From assembly GCA_963729835.1 (NCBI GenBank), contig CAVSQF010000022.1, forward strand, positions 296,150 to 360,149: a stretch of DNA of 64,000 bases, written 5' to 3'. Each line of letters starts with the position of its first letter. The stretch's first letter is position 1. The notes below the pieces were generated by a model. The model made no database searches, had not been told where the DNA came from, and saw nothing but the letters and a program-made list of their open reading frames with translations. The position numbers were made by a program, and so were the translations under genes. This stretch comes from an uncultured delta proteobacterium (GTDB taxonomy: Bacteria > Desulfobacterota > Binatia > HRBIN30). This document shows, in pieces, positions 39,150-49,343 of the stretch.

Positions 39150-40148
39150 ATGATCGACCTGCGGGATTTCGTGTGTGCCGTTGAAGAGATTGTAATGCGC
39201 CACAATCTGCACCGGCCGGGCGCGTATGCGCGCTGGCTCTGGCAGGGTGATGCCGGCGGCCGCGAGCTGGGGATCAATCCATACGGCTGCGCCGATGCCG
39301 CAAACATCTTATACACGATCGGTTGCTTTCCAGATCCTGCCGCGCGTGCGCAATGGGTGGCGGTGCTGCAGGGATTTCAAGAGGCCGACGGCGGGCTGTT
39401 TCGCGAGGGCACCCACCACCCAATTCATACGACGGCACATGTGGTGGCAGCGTTGGAATTGTTCGATGCCCGGCCGCGGTTTCCACTCGCTGCACTGGAA
39501 ACCCTTCGGCAGAAAGATCCGCTCGTCGCCTTTCTGGAGAATCTGGACTGGACCTGGAATCCGTGGGGCGCCGCACATCAAGGCGCCGGAGTTTACGCAG
39601 CGTTACGGCTTGCCGCCTCGCTGCCAGCCGAATGGGAAGACTGGTATTTCGATTGGCTGTGGCACGAGGCGGATCCCGAGACGGGGCTCTGGCGCCGAGG
39701 CGCGGTGGCTGCCGGCGGCGATCCCCTGTTGTTCCATCACCTCGCCGGCGCGTTTCACTACCTGTTCAACCTCGAATACGCGCGCCGCCCGCTGCGCTAC
39801 CCGGAGCGCATGGTGGACTCGTGCCTGCGGCTCTATCGCGAAGCACTCTTTTCCCCTTTGGGCCGGATGGTCGGCTTCGCCGAGGTGGATTGGGTGTACT
39901 GCCTCAATCGGAGCCTCCGCCAGTGCGGCCACCGGTTCGGAGAGTCACGTCAGGCGTTGGCCGACCTCGCCGCCGTCTATACTGATTACCTTTCGAGCCT
40001 CGACCCGAGAACAGATGAGGGCCTGAACGACTTACACCAGCTGTTTGGTGTGGTCTGCGCCCTCGCGGAGCTTCAGCAGGCGGTGCCCGGATTGCTCCGA
40101 ACGGAGCGCCCCCTTCGTCTGGTGCTCGATCGCCGGCCGTTCATCTGA
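39150..40148 (+). CDS. hypothetical protein with prenyltransferase/squalene-oxidase-like Q-x-x-D-G-G repeats
   Basis: 333 aa; QEADGGLF and QGAGVYAAL-type repeats, W-rich alpha/alpha-toroid-like composition. Confidence 0.45.
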   Translation: MIDLRDFVCAVEEIVMRHNLHRPGAYARWLWQGDAGGRELGINPYGCADAANILYTIGCFPDPAARAQWVAVLQGFQEADGGLFREGTHHPIHTTAHVVAALELFDARPRFPLAALETLRQKDPLVAFLENLDWTWNPWGAAHQGAGVYAALRLAASLPAEWEDWYFDWLWHEADPETGLWRRGAVAAGGDPLLFHHLAGAFHYLFNLEYARRPLRYPERMVDSCLRLYREALFSPLGRMVGFAEVDWVYCLNRSLRQCGHRFGESRQALADLAAVYTDYLSSLDPRTDEGLNDLHQLFGVVCALAELQQAVPGLLRTERPLRLVLDRRPFI

Positions 40149-40191
40149 TTCGCGGCCGGGATTGGCCTGCCACCATGAACCGTACGGTAGA

Positions 40192-40262
40192 GGTTCCCCT
40201 CCTTACGAAGGAGGGGTCAGGGGAGGTTTGGAATGCCGCGATGCTTAACCTCCCCCTCGCCT
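40192..40262. repeat. GGTTCCCCTCCTTAC(C/G)AAGGAGGGGTCAGGGGAGGTTTG repeat, copy 1
   Basis: Palindromic core CCCCTCCTT-ACGA-AGGAGGGG followed by TCAGGGGAGG. A partial inverted partner CCTCCCCCTCGCC lies 20 nt downstream. Second copy at 42961-43045. Confidence 0.65.
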
Positions 40263-40351
40263 GGAAAGATCGACGGTCTTCCTTACTCAGAAGTGATGCG
40301 CCCCTTTTCGTTCACAGCGCGGGGCGCACCACCTCTTTTTCCGCGGTGCGG

Positions 40352-41425
40352 TTACAGTGCCCAAAAGACGAAATCAGACGTCACACGCCAGTCGAAGATG
40401 GATTGAGTATTGCTGCCGATGGGCAATTCGGCAACAACGCCGAAATCAATGCCGCCCTGCTGGCCGAGGACATCGAGGTTGTCGAGGATACGCCAGCGCC
40501 AGCCGAGGCCCAATGTGGCCAGGTCCGAGCCACCCGCGCTCGGTGCACCCAGATTGAAGAAGTCGAATCCCTCCTGGTCAAGTTTGAGGCTCTGGTCACC
40601 TGCCAATGCCCGGAGGGTATCCTCGAGCGGGCGCAGGCGGCTACCACCTTGGAGTACGTGGATCCAGTTCAACTCAACCAAGGGGTAGATGTTCCAGGCC
40701 GTTTTGTAGTCGGCATGCACCGAGAGGTCGTAGAAACTCGAATCAATTCCGCTTAGCGCCAACCGCGGGCCGGTGTACGCCAGGAGATGGAGATTCTCGT
40801 GTCCCCACACACCGGATAGGAACACGTTCAACATCCCATTGCCGCGCTCGTTCAGATCGAGGTCTTTGAGACCAGGATTGAGCGCCGAGAGATTATGGGT
40901 CCGGAACACTGACCCCTGCAGCGCTTGGGGTTCACCGGTGGGAGTCTCATAGCGGAGACCGGCGGTCAGCAGCGCCGGCAGCGTCAGGTCGCGGAAGAAG
41001 TTGTACTTGAGTCCGGCCGCAACGTCGGCATACCCGCTTCCCTCTTTGACAACATTGGCGACATCATGCTCGGGGTCCAGCCACACATAGCTGTCCTTGG
41101 TGGCGATGAAAGCCAGGCGATCGGTCAGCTTGAGGCGGGCCTGCAGGGAAAGGATCTGCGCGTGGCCGCCCGGCTGCTGCAGCCCATTCAACCCCAAGCT
41201 GTTGAGGGTGTGCGTTATTCTCGGGTCGCTGACTACATCGAGAAAATGATCGCCGATGCTGTGGTAGATATAGATGGGTCGCGCGTCGCTCTCGATGCGC
41301 GCGTCCTCGAAATTCGTCGGATTCGAAACCGGGCTGATGAACCCCGCGAAGGGATCTTCCCCCGCGATGGCCTCAGCCGACCATAGCGCGATGCCCAGCA
41401 GTAGCCCGTACACAATCCGCTTCAT
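40352..41425 (-). CDS. putative outer-membrane beta-barrel protein
   Basis: Signal peptide MKRIVYGLLLGIALWSAEAIA, alternating amphipathic strands, C-terminal ...DFVFWAL aromatic terminus. Confidence 0.55.
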   Translation of the reverse strand: MKRIVYGLLLGIALWSAEAIAGEDPFAGFISPVSNPTNFEDARIESDARPIYIYHSIGDHFLDVVSDPRITHTLNSLGLNGLQQPGGHAQILSLQARLKLTDRLAFIATKDSYVWLDPEHDVANVVKEGSGYADVAAGLKYNFFRDLTLPALLTAGLRYETPTGEPQALQGSVFRTHNLSALNPGLKDLDLNERGNGMLNVFLSGVWGHENLHLLAYTGPRLALSGIDSSFYDLSVHADYKTAWNIYPLVELNWIHVLQGGSRLRPLEDTLRALAGDQSLKLDQEGFDFFNLGAPSAGGSDLATLGLGWRWRILDNLDVLGQQGGIDFGVVAELPIGSNTQSIFDWRVTSDFVFWAL

Positions 41426-41887
41426 CTGCTCGCTCCTCCCTTGTGGCGGGGGTTGTGCCGTGCGCTGCCGCCACTTCGTCAAGACAAAACGCACGGCGTT
41501 GCCGCCCTGTGCGACCGGGCAGTGGCGTAGCAAATGGCCTACCAGGGCCCCTCATTGCCGCGTGGCGCCGCGCGGGACCGAAACCTTCGCTGATATGAGA
41601 AGGGCTACAGAGCAGTAAAAGGAATTCCGGCAAGGAAGTCTACTATCGCGTATAAGCCTCGCTGACCAAGAGGACGAGGGCGGCGATCAAGTTAGGGCTG
41701 GTGCACCCGGCACGTGGGCGCGGAGCCACGATGCAGGCGATTCGCTTGCGCGTGCAGTGTGCGACTGACGATACACAGAAGCTGGTCTCATGTACTAGAG
41801 ACTTTACCAACATCTATACAGTGCACACTGACAGGGTGCCACGCGCACCGAGACTGGATACCTTCGGGACCCGACACGCGGCGCGAG

Positions 41888-42868
41888 TTACGTGGCTTGA
41901 TAGAGCGTTCGCTCGCTCCCCTCCTCGCGCGTCACCTTGCCGCCCGCCCGCAGGTATTCCAAATGCGCCAACGTCTCGAAGGTTGCCGGGAACTGCACCG
42001 CGAGCGGGCTCTCGATGTCGAAGCCGAATACCAAACTCGCGACCTCGTAAGCGGTGCGGGCGCGGTGTCTGACGAGGTCGAATACCTCCTGCAGGCGGTA
42101 CTGGTGATGGTGGAGGATTTGATTGATGCGGTGGCGGTGCTCCGTGTATACGCCGCCATGCGCCGGCAAGACGAGGTCGACGGCCAGCGGCTGCACTTTT
42201 CGCAGCGAGTCGAGGAAATCCGCCAACGGATTGGCCGGGCCGTACGGGTACACGCCGACATGCGGCGTGATCTTCGGCAGCAAGTGGTCGCCGGCGAGCA
42301 GCACGCGTTGCCGGCGCAGGTACAGCACGCAGTGGCCGGGCGTGTGCCCGGGGGTGGTGATCACCTCAATTTCGAGATCCCCGACGCGAATGACTTCACC
42401 ATCCTCCATAAAGTGATCCGGCGTGGCGGGAGCATAGAGGCTGCCCCACATCTCTCCCGGCGAGGGCAGGCTGACGACATGGGCGATGGGAAACCCGTGT
42501 CGGATGACGAACGGCACCGCCGTTTGGCTGCGCTGCCCCGGCGCGAACCACTGGGCACTCTCGTAGTCGCGGCGGTGGATGTACACCTGCGCCCCGCAGC
42601 GATCCTTGTACGTCTGCGTGGCTCCGAAGTGGTCGGGATGGTGGTGGGTGCAGACGATGGTGCGCACCTGCTCCGCCGTGCAACCCACCTGCTTCAATGC
42701 GGCCTCGAACGTCGCGCAACTGTCGGCGCTGTTCACGCCCGTGTCCACCAGCACCCATTCCCGCCCGCCACGCAGCAGGGTGACGTTGACGCTGGTGGGG
42801 CGCGTCGGCAGCGGCAAGCGCACGACGAGGACGCCGGGCGCTACCTCACGCACTTTGGCATCGCTCAC
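41888..42868 (-). CDS. MBL-fold metallo-hydrolase
   Basis: THHHPDHFG (HxHxDH), DTGV, TPGHTPGH. Start uncertain (GTG ~42868 after GGGAGA). The 5' part of track ORF (to 43087) is encoded by a repeat hairpin and judged non-coding. Confidence 0.75.
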   Translation of the reverse strand: MSDAKVREVAPGVLVVRLPLPTRPTSVNVTLLRGGREWVLVDTGVNSADSCATFEAALKQVGCTAEQVRTIVCTHHHPDHFGATQTYKDRCGAQVYIHRRDYESAQWFAPGQRSQTAVPFVIRHGFPIAHVVSLPSPGEMWGSLYAPATPDHFMEDGEVIRVGDLEIEVITTPGHTPGHCVLYLRRQRVLLAGDHLLPKITPHVGVYPYGPANPLADFLDSLRKVQPLAVDLVLPAHGGVYTEHRHRINQILHHHQYRLQEVFDLVRHRARTAYEVASLVFGFDIESPLAVQFPATFETLAHLEYLRAGGKVTREEGSERTLYQAT

Positions 42869-42960
42869 CGGCAGATCTCCCGGACCCAAGGACTTGAGTT
42901 TCGCGAAATATGCCTCGACGTAATTAGGGCCACCGATTGACGAGCTGGCTCCACGTGAAA

Positions 42961-43045
42961 GGGTTCCCCTCCTTACCAAGGAGGGGTCAGGGGAGGTTTG
43001 AGAAGGCCGCTCTACCTCCCCCTGACCCCCTCCTTCGAAAGCAGG
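42961..43045. repeat. GGTTCCCCTCCTTAC... repeat, copy 2, arranged as ~85-bp perfect-ish hairpin
   Basis: GGGTTCCCCTCCTTACCAAGGAGGGGTCAGGGGAGG ... CCTCCCCCTGACCCCCTCCTTCGAAAGCAGGGGGAAC: the two arms are reverse complements. Confidence 0.65.
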
Positions 43046-43079
43046 GGGAACAGCGACGGCTCCTGTTGCGAGCGCCGCG

Positions 43080-43292
43080 TCACTCATGCAGTCGCTCCTG
43101 CACCGTGAACGACAGCGCGATCTTCACCCGCCAGTGTGACACGGCACCGTGCTCGACCGTTGCGCTGATGTCGAGGACGCGGAGGTGGCGGATGCTTTCG
43201 ATCGTCACCGCCGCGCGGGAGACGGCGATGTGCACCGCCTCCTCGATGCTGTTCGCAGACGTGCCCGTCAACTCGATGGTTTTCTCGACCAT
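43080..43292 (-). CDS. dodecin family flavin-binding protein
   Basis: 70 aa; KTIELTGTSANSIEEAVHIAVSRAAVTIESIRHLRVLDISATVEHGAVSHWRVKIALSF matches the dodecin fold consensus. Confidence 0.8.
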   Translation of the reverse strand: MVEKTIELTGTSANSIEEAVHIAVSRAAVTIESIRHLRVLDISATVEHGAVSHWRVKIALSFTVQERLHE

Positions 43293-43414
43293 AGCAGTCC
43301 TCCTGCCGGCATATGGCCTATGGCGTATGGCTTATGGCCAGAGCGCACCGCACGCGCGTGCCCGTTGGTGGCTGGGTTCTGGCCATATGCCACCAGCTAT
43401 AAGCTATACGCCAT

Positions 43415-44290
43415 CTACTCCGATAGAAACTGGCGCACCACTTTGAGAAACCACTCGAGCTGATCGTGATGCACCCAGTGGCCGGCTTTTTCGATGTTGA
43501 TGGCCTTGCAATCGTGAAAGGCGGTGGCGCGCCCATCTTTCTCCGGATCCGACGCCCACGACTCCGTGCCGCGCACCAGCAACACCGGGCAGGTGATCTG
43601 ACTCCAGATCTCCCGCGCCTCCGGCATGTTGAACAGGTACGGTGAGGCGGCGCGCACATAGTTGTCGAACTTCCACAGATAGGTGCCGTCCTCGTCGCGA
43701 TAGGAGCCGTGCACCGTCAAATGCTGCGCTTGCTCCGGCGTGAGGTGCGGGTTGGCGTCGCGCATGCGAGTGACGGCTTCATCGAGATTTTTGTACCGGT
43801 GCGGATGGCGCTGCGCCAGTGTCTGCATCTCCATCACCCAGTCAAACATGCGCACGTGCGCCGCGCGGTCGCGGATCATGCCCGGCGGCGGCCCCAGGCC
43901 TTCGATGGCGACCACTTTGCGCACGCGCTCGGGGTAGATGCCGCTGTACTGCAGCGCGATGGCCCCACCCAACGAATGCCCGATGATTGTTATCGGGAAG
44001 AATTGCACCGCGTTGAGGAGTTGCGCGACGTCGAGCACATAGTCGACCATCGCATAGGACCCGCCGACCGCCCACTGCGAATCGCCATGCCCGCGCAGGT
44101 CCGGGGCAATGACGTGATGCTCGTGCCGCAGCTCCTGCGCCACCCAATCCCAGTTGCGGGCGTGATCACGGTTGCCGTGCAGGAGCAGCAACGGCGGCTT
44201 GTCGGCATTCCCCCAGTCGACGTAGTGCAGCTTCAAGCGCTGCGAATAAAAGTAGTGTGACGTCGGGCCGAGAATCAGCTCACTGCGCAT
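43415..44290 (-). CDS. alpha/beta hydrolase
   Basis: LLLLHGNRDHARNW, GHSLGGAIAL nucleophile elbow, C-terminal GHWVHHDQ (His). Confidence 0.85.
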   Translation of the reverse strand: MRSELILGPTSHYFYSQRLKLHYVDWGNADKPPLLLLHGNRDHARNWDWVAQELRHEHHVIAPDLRGHGDSQWAVGGSYAMVDYVLDVAQLLNAVQFFPITIIGHSLGGAIALQYSGIYPERVRKVVAIEGLGPPPGMIRDRAAHVRMFDWVMEMQTLAQRHPHRYKNLDEAVTRMRDANPHLTPEQAQHLTVHGSYRDEDGTYLWKFDNYVRAASPYLFNMPEAREIWSQITCPVLLVRGTESWASDPEKDGRATAFHDCKAINIEKAGHWVHHDQLEWFLKVVRQFLSE

Positions 44291-44310
44291 CGGTGCCGCG
44301 CCTGTCCTGT

Positions 44311-44634
44311 TTAAACCACTTGATCGATGGCCTTGACCAGGTGCGCCTTGGGCACCGCGCCGACGATCTGGTCGTGCACCTGACCGTTCTTGAAGAGGAT
44401 CAGGTTCGGGATGCTGCGCACGCCGTAGCGCGATGGCGTCTGCGGGTTGTCGTCGACATTCATCTTCACCACTTTGAGACGGCCGCTATACTCCTTGGCC
44501 AACTCCTCCACCACCGGTGAGATTGCCTTACAGGGCCCACACCATGGCGCCCACAGGTCGATGAGCACCGGCACGTCGGACTTCAGGACCTCGCTGTCGA
44601 ACGATACGTCTGTCACCTCTTGTACATCAGCCAC
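44311..44634 (-). CDS. trxA: thioredoxin
   Basis: 107 aa, WCGPCK active site, [23 protein letters not shown]. Confidence 0.9.
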   Translation of the reverse strand: MADVQEVTDVSFDSEVLKSDVPVLIDLWAPWCGPCKAISPVVEELAKEYSGRLKVVKMNVDDNPQTPSRYGVRSIPNLILFKNGQVHDQIVGAVPKAHLVKAIDQVV

Positions 44635-44937
44635 GTTGTTCCTCCTTCGTTCGGGTCCGTCGCCCGACCGGCTTTTTTTAAAACCATATCGTCCGACCGG
44701 CGCTCGTTCAAGCCGTCCCGAACGTGCGCGCTGTCCGGGCGCGTGACACAGACTTGTGGGCAGACGGTGAAAGCGCAGGTCTCGTCGGGAAATCTGGCTG
44801 TCGGCTTCTATCTAGATGGCGCGTGGGGGAGCCCGCAATTCCCGCAATGCCTCGTCAACGGCTCGGTCTGGGGATTGAGCCGCTCAGGCGCGGCGCTTCT
44901 TTCGCCGTCGCCTGGAGCGGCTTAGCGCCGAAGGGTC

Positions 44938-45405
44938 TCACTGAGTCGGTTCCGTCGATATGGGCTCATCCGCGCCTCGGAGACCCCACAAGACAATGAT
45001 GCAGGTCACAAGCATGGCGAGCACAAGTGACGAAAGGCTGCAGCGAATAATCGCTTCTTGGAGGGCCGTACCCGTGTGGCCGGCGGCGGCGATAGGCAGC
45101 ATGGCTTGACCTGCCCCCCATACCGCCGCTGCCAGCGTCGTGGCCCAACTCGCATAGGTACCATACATGGCCAGCCAGAATGTGATGCTCAGCGCCGCTC
45201 GGGGCAGTCGCAGTCTTGGCCATATTACACCCAACACCACCAGAACGATGCCATTCATTACGCCTTCGAGGTGGCTTGACAGACCCATGCGAGGGTTGGC
45301 CAGCTCTTGCACGACTAGGCCAGTGAGAAGCCCGAGGAAGAATAAGAGGATTCCATACCGAATGAGGCGGCGCCCAGTCGTTTGTGCAGTACAATTATTC
45401 TTCAT
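44938..45405 (-). CDS. small integral membrane protein (4 predicted TM)
   Basis: Hydrophobic segments LIRYGILLFFLGLLTGLVV, GIVLVVLGVIWP, LSITFWLAMYGTYASWATTLAAAVWG, SLVLAMLVTCIIVLWG. Confidence 0.5.
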   Translation of the reverse strand: MKNNCTAQTTGRRLIRYGILLFFLGLLTGLVVQELANPRMGLSSHLEGVMNGIVLVVLGVIWPRLRLPRAALSITFWLAMYGTYASWATTLAAAVWGAGQAMLPIAAAGHTGTALQEAIIRCSLSSLVLAMLVTCIIVLWGLRGADEPISTEPTQ

Positions 45406-45517
45406 AACACCTCACACAAGCTGTGCAGCAATTTGACGGCCACTAAGTCAAGGTGCAGACATCTGGGAACCTGTTCAAGCAGGTCCCGTACGCAGAGCGG
45501 ACGGGCGGATGAGGCGA

Positions 45518-46495
45518 TTACTGTAGGAAGCCCTCGAGACGCGTGCGGATGATCTGCTCCGCCTCGCGCATGATCCGGTCGATGAGCTCCTTGCAGCTCG
45601 GAATGTCATGGATGAGGCCGGCCACCATGCCGCAGCTCCAGGCGCCCGCATCCATCACCCCTTCCTGCAGTACACGGCGGTTCTGCGGCCCCGCCACAAA
45701 TTCACGAATATCCTCGATGCTGGTTGCGGCACCCTTCTGGCGCTCGATCTCAAGGATCTTCTCGACCGCCGCATTGGTGAGGACGCGCTCGGTGTTGTGC
45801 AAGGGACGCATGATGAGCCGGGTCTGCAGCTCGTTGGCTGCAACCAGCGCCTTCTTCACGTTCTCGTGCACGGGCGCTTCCTTGGTGGCGATGAAACGGG
45901 TGCCCATGTTTATGCCCTCGGCACCCAGCGAAAGCGCCGCCACCAGGCTGCGTCCGTCCGCCATGCCTCCCGAGGCCACGAACGGAATCTTGAGCTCCTC
46001 GGCCGCGCGCGGCAGCAGGATCATGTTGGGAATATCGTCCTCCCCCGGATGGCCGCCGCACTCAAAGCCGTCGACGCTGACCGCGGCGCAGCCGATCTTC
46101 TCCGCCTTCAGCGAATGGCGCACCGACGTGCACTTGTGGATGACCTTGATACCCGCCGCTTTGAGCGCCGGCAGGTGCTGCTCCGGGCTGCGGCCCGCCG
46201 TCTCCACGATCTGCACGCCGCCTTCGACGATGGCCTGAATATATTCCGGATAGGGCGGCGCAAAAAACGCCGGCAGGAAGGTGAGGTTCACGCCGAACGG
46301 CTTGTCGGTCATTTCGTGGCACTTGGCGATCTCCTTCGCCAGGTCTTCCGGCGTCGGCTGCGTCAGGGCCGTGATGATGCCGAGGCCGCCGGCGTTGGAG
46401 ACAGCCGACGCCAGCTCCGCGTAGCCGACGTAGTGCATGCCGCCTTGGATGATCGGATGCTTGATCCCGAAGAGTTCAGTGATGCGCGTCTTCAT
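45518..46495 (-). CDS. nitronate monooxygenase (NMO / FabK-like FMN enzyme)
   Basis: ITELFGIKHPIIQGGM, GIKVIHKCTSV, FECGGH, VASGGMADGRS. Confidence 0.85.
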   Translation of the reverse strand: MKTRITELFGIKHPIIQGGMHYVGYAELASAVSNAGGLGIITALTQPTPEDLAKEIAKCHEMTDKPFGVNLTFLPAFFAPPYPEYIQAIVEGGVQIVETAGRSPEQHLPALKAAGIKVIHKCTSVRHSLKAEKIGCAAVSVDGFECGGHPGEDDIPNMILLPRAAEELKIPFVASGGMADGRSLVAALSLGAEGINMGTRFIATKEAPVHENVKKALVAANELQTRLIMRPLHNTERVLTNAAVEKILEIERQKGAATSIEDIREFVAGPQNRRVLQEGVMDAGAWSCGMVAGLIHDIPSCKELIDRIMREAEQIIRTRLEGFLQ

Positions 46496-46856
46496 CGTCC
46501 TCACACTCTCGTTGTTCAACGTCCTTTAGCCGATTATTTCCCAAATCGACGGCACACCTGCCTGCCTTGGGATGCCGATAGCCCACTTCGGCAGGCTGGG
46601 GCAAGCATTTTGCCTTTGTCTGTTTGCCTTTGTCGCGCAGACGAAGGTGCCCCTCTGCCTTGGTGGCAGGTACTCGTTCAGAGCAAACCCTCCCCCCAAC
46701 GCGAACCCAGGAAACTGCGCATCGAAGCCCCGCCGCTGAAGCGTTTTCGAGAGCAGCACATGAACATCTTCATCATGGGGTTCTCCTCTCTTCGTTCCAT
46801 TGAGGGCAGCACCGAGGTCTTCTGCTCTCGGTTTTCCATTTCTTTTTCGCCCAGAT

Positions 46857-48032
46857 TCACCCATTCCCGGCGTGTAGCCACTCCCGCACCCGCTCGGCCG
46901 GCGATCGTGTCAATGGAATGGGAAGCACTCGTTGCTGTGCATCGACCACCTCTAGCGCTCTGTGCCCACCTCGCTCCGCCACGAGGAGCAACAGCGTCAC
47001 GCAATCGATGCGGTGCCGCCGCAAGTAGGCGACCCAGCGGTGCACCTCGCGCCCGTAGGCCGCGAGGCCACGGTCGAGCGCGAACAGCGATTGGGCCGCC
47101 GCCAGATCCACCGCGGTGCCTGTCTCGAGTACGAGAATCACGGCACGACCCGGAAAGCTCCTGAACCAGCGTGCAGATACGGTCTCGACACTTTCACCGT
47201 GTCGCAAGGCGAGATGGGTGATGGCGAAGGCGCGGCCTCCCTCGCTGAGATGCGCATCGAAACCGGCGATGATCCGCCGCAGGACACGATCGCCAGTCGC
47301 GCCCCCCGAGTGGTACGACGCCGCAGCGGCGTACGGCGACGCAACGAACGGCGGGTTGGCGATGATCACGTCGAACCGCTCGCGGAGCCGCCCGCGCCGC
47401 ACCGGCGTGTACAGATCGCCGACTCGAACGGTTACGTTGGGCACGCCGTTCAGCTCCGCGTTGACGCGGGCCATGGCGGCGGCGCGCGGATTGATGTCGA
47501 CGGCGATGATCCGGTCGGCCTTGTCAGCCTGTTGCAGGGCCTGCACGCCCGTGCCGGTGCAGAGGTCCAGAACCGACGCGCCCGGCGGCACGACGACCGC
47601 GTCGCGCAGCAGCATCGAGTCGCTGCTGGGCGGGTAGACTGGATCCTTCCCGGAAAGGTGCAGCGCGCTGCTGTCCGAGCTGCGAAAGCGCCGATCTGCC
47701 ACGACGTACTGCTGGTGCACCGGGTCGATCCGGACGCGGGCGCTCAGCCGGTCACCGCGCTTGCGTAACACGCCGGCGCCAACCAGTTGCCGGCACAGGG
47801 CCGGGGACAGGACGGCAACCACGTCACGCGCCGGCGCGGCGTTTTCGAGAAAGAACAGGCGCGTCAACAGCGCCGCTGGCGCCGGGTCCGGCGCGATGCG
47901 CTCCAACGCCGCGGCGTGATTCAGGACGCCGACGTCATCACAAGTAGTGATGTGCAGCAAGCGCTGCAGCGCGTCGGGCGTGAACCCACTCTCCTGCAGC
48001 CGGAGACGCAAGAGCGGTGCCCAAGCATGCAC
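46857..48032 (-). CDS. class I SAM-dependent methyltransferase (HemK/MTS-like, NPPF motif)
   Basis: VLDLCTGTGVQAL (motif I), DVIIANPPFV (motif IV); 391 aa. Confidence 0.7.
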   Translation of the reverse strand: MHAWAPLLRLRLQESGFTPDALQRLLHITTCDDVGVLNHAAALERIAPDPAPAALLTRLFFLENAAPARDVVAVLSPALCRQLVGAGVLRKRGDRLSARVRIDPVHQQYVVADRRFRSSDSSALHLSGKDPVYPPSSDSMLLRDAVVVPPGASVLDLCTGTGVQALQQADKADRIIAVDINPRAAAMARVNAELNGVPNVTVRVGDLYTPVRRGRLRERFDVIIANPPFVASPYAAAASYHSGGATGDRVLRRIIAGFDAHLSEGGRAFAITHLALRHGESVETVSARWFRSFPGRAVILVLETGTAVDLAAAQSLFALDRGLAAYGREVHRWVAYLRRHRIDCVTLLLLVAERGGHRALEVVDAQQRVLPIPLTRSPAERVREWLHAGNG

Positions 48033-48824
48033 GGCGTTGTCCTTCAGTACTCCCAGTCGAGGTAGGCACGCCGCTTCCGGCGCGCCACCGCTTCACGATG
48101 CGCCACCAAACGCGGGCAACGGCGGCAGCCCACCACTTCCGCGCACAGCGCCCGCAATGGAGTCACGTCCTAGTCAGTGGGTAGTTACCGTGCCCCCAGG
48201 GCTTGTCCCCACCATCTGGCTCATCGCCTCGAAGCAGGGCGTGAGCGCCTGATCGAGGATCTCTGTCAGCAGGTGCTCAACGTCTGCCAGGTCGTCCGCG
48301 GCGAGCGCGTTTATGTCCTGGTGCATACCGTGCAAGGCCCATATCGCCGTCCGCATCCGGCTCCTGGCATCGTCCAGGACGCGCAGGGCCTCTTGCGGGT
48401 CGAGAGCGGGCTCGTTGTGTTCGTCAGGCATTTCCATCTCCTTTACGGGAGAACAGCGGTCAGTGTGCCCGCCGCGGCCCCGAAGTGCAAGAGCCGAGCC
48501 GGCGCGGGATCAAGGCTACGTCACAAGTCGCTGACAGAGCCTCTTTACCTCACGCTGAGCGCGACGCGGACGGAATCGTCGACCTCGCTGGCTTCGACGT
48601 AGCCGATGGCGTTGCGATCCGCCGCCACGTAGCGTTTCACGCCGCCACTCGATTCGAGTATGGCCGGCGGAAAGATTCCCTGGAAGCGGGAGGGGGCCAT
48701 CGGTCAGGATCCAAAAGGTGCGGTTGACAATAGACGGGGAAGGCTAGAGGATACATCTGGCTGTGCGCGGGCCGCCGCGGCCCGGAGGCTCTCGCGAACC
48801 TCAAAACACATGGAGGGCGGAACC

Positions 48825-49259
48825 ATGCTGAAAGAGTTCAAAGAGTTCGCGCTGCGCGGCAATGTGCTCGATATGGCCGTGGGGATCATCATCGGCGCCG
48901 CCTTTGGGAAGATCGTGACGTCGTTCGTGGGGGACATTTTGATGCCTCCACTCGGGTTGCTGCTCGGCCGGGTGGATTTCTCCAATCTGTTCATCACGCT
49001 GTCGGGCCAGTCCTACCCCAGCTTGACAGCGGCGAAAGCAGCGGGGGCGGCGACCATAAACTACGGGGTGTTTCTCAATACCGTGCTCGACTTTCTAATC
49101 GTGGCCTTTGCGATCTTTTTGTTGATCCGCCAGGTAAATCGGTTCCAGAAGCAACAGGCAGCCGCCCCAACGATGAAGGCGTGCCCGTACTGCGTATCGA
49201 CGATCGCCCTCAAGGCGACCCGCTGCCCGCACTGCACGTCCGAGCTGAAGGCGGCGTGA
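48825..49259 (+). CDS. mscL: large-conductance mechanosensitive channel with C-terminal zinc-ribbon extension
   Basis: [53 protein letters not shown] is a canonical MscL N-terminus/TM1. C-terminus adds CPYC...CPHC. Confidence 0.85.
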   Translation: MLKEFKEFALRGNVLDMAVGIIIGAAFGKIVTSFVGDILMPPLGLLLGRVDFSNLFITLSGQSYPSLTAAKAAGAATINYGVFLNTVLDFLIVAFAIFLLIRQVNRFQKQQAAAPTMKACPYCVSTIALKATRCPHCTSELKAA

Positions 49260-49343
49260 CGGGCACGCGTCGCGGCTTCTTCTGGTCCCCGTCTCTGTGG
49301 GGCTTCACCGCGTGCCAACGAAGCGAAGGGGGGAGAGGAAATC

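Noticed and set aside
38285-39316. Upstream 340 codons of track ORF 37952..39316 (-)
   Set aside because: Only the 3' 111 codons (zinc-ribbon protein with its own RBS) look real. The rest overlaps the rhomboid gene on the other strand and is Arg/His-rich.
46526-46864. 112-aa minus-strand ORF and TTTGCCTTTGTC direct repeats in the 360-bp spacer upstream of the NMO gene
   Set aside because: ORF lacks RBS and conservation. The short direct repeats may be a leader/regulatory element, but I could not assign structure or function.
48174-48437. 87-aa minus-strand ORF between the methyltransferase and mscL
   Set aside because: No RBS, no motif, acidic low-complexity; could be real but unsupported.
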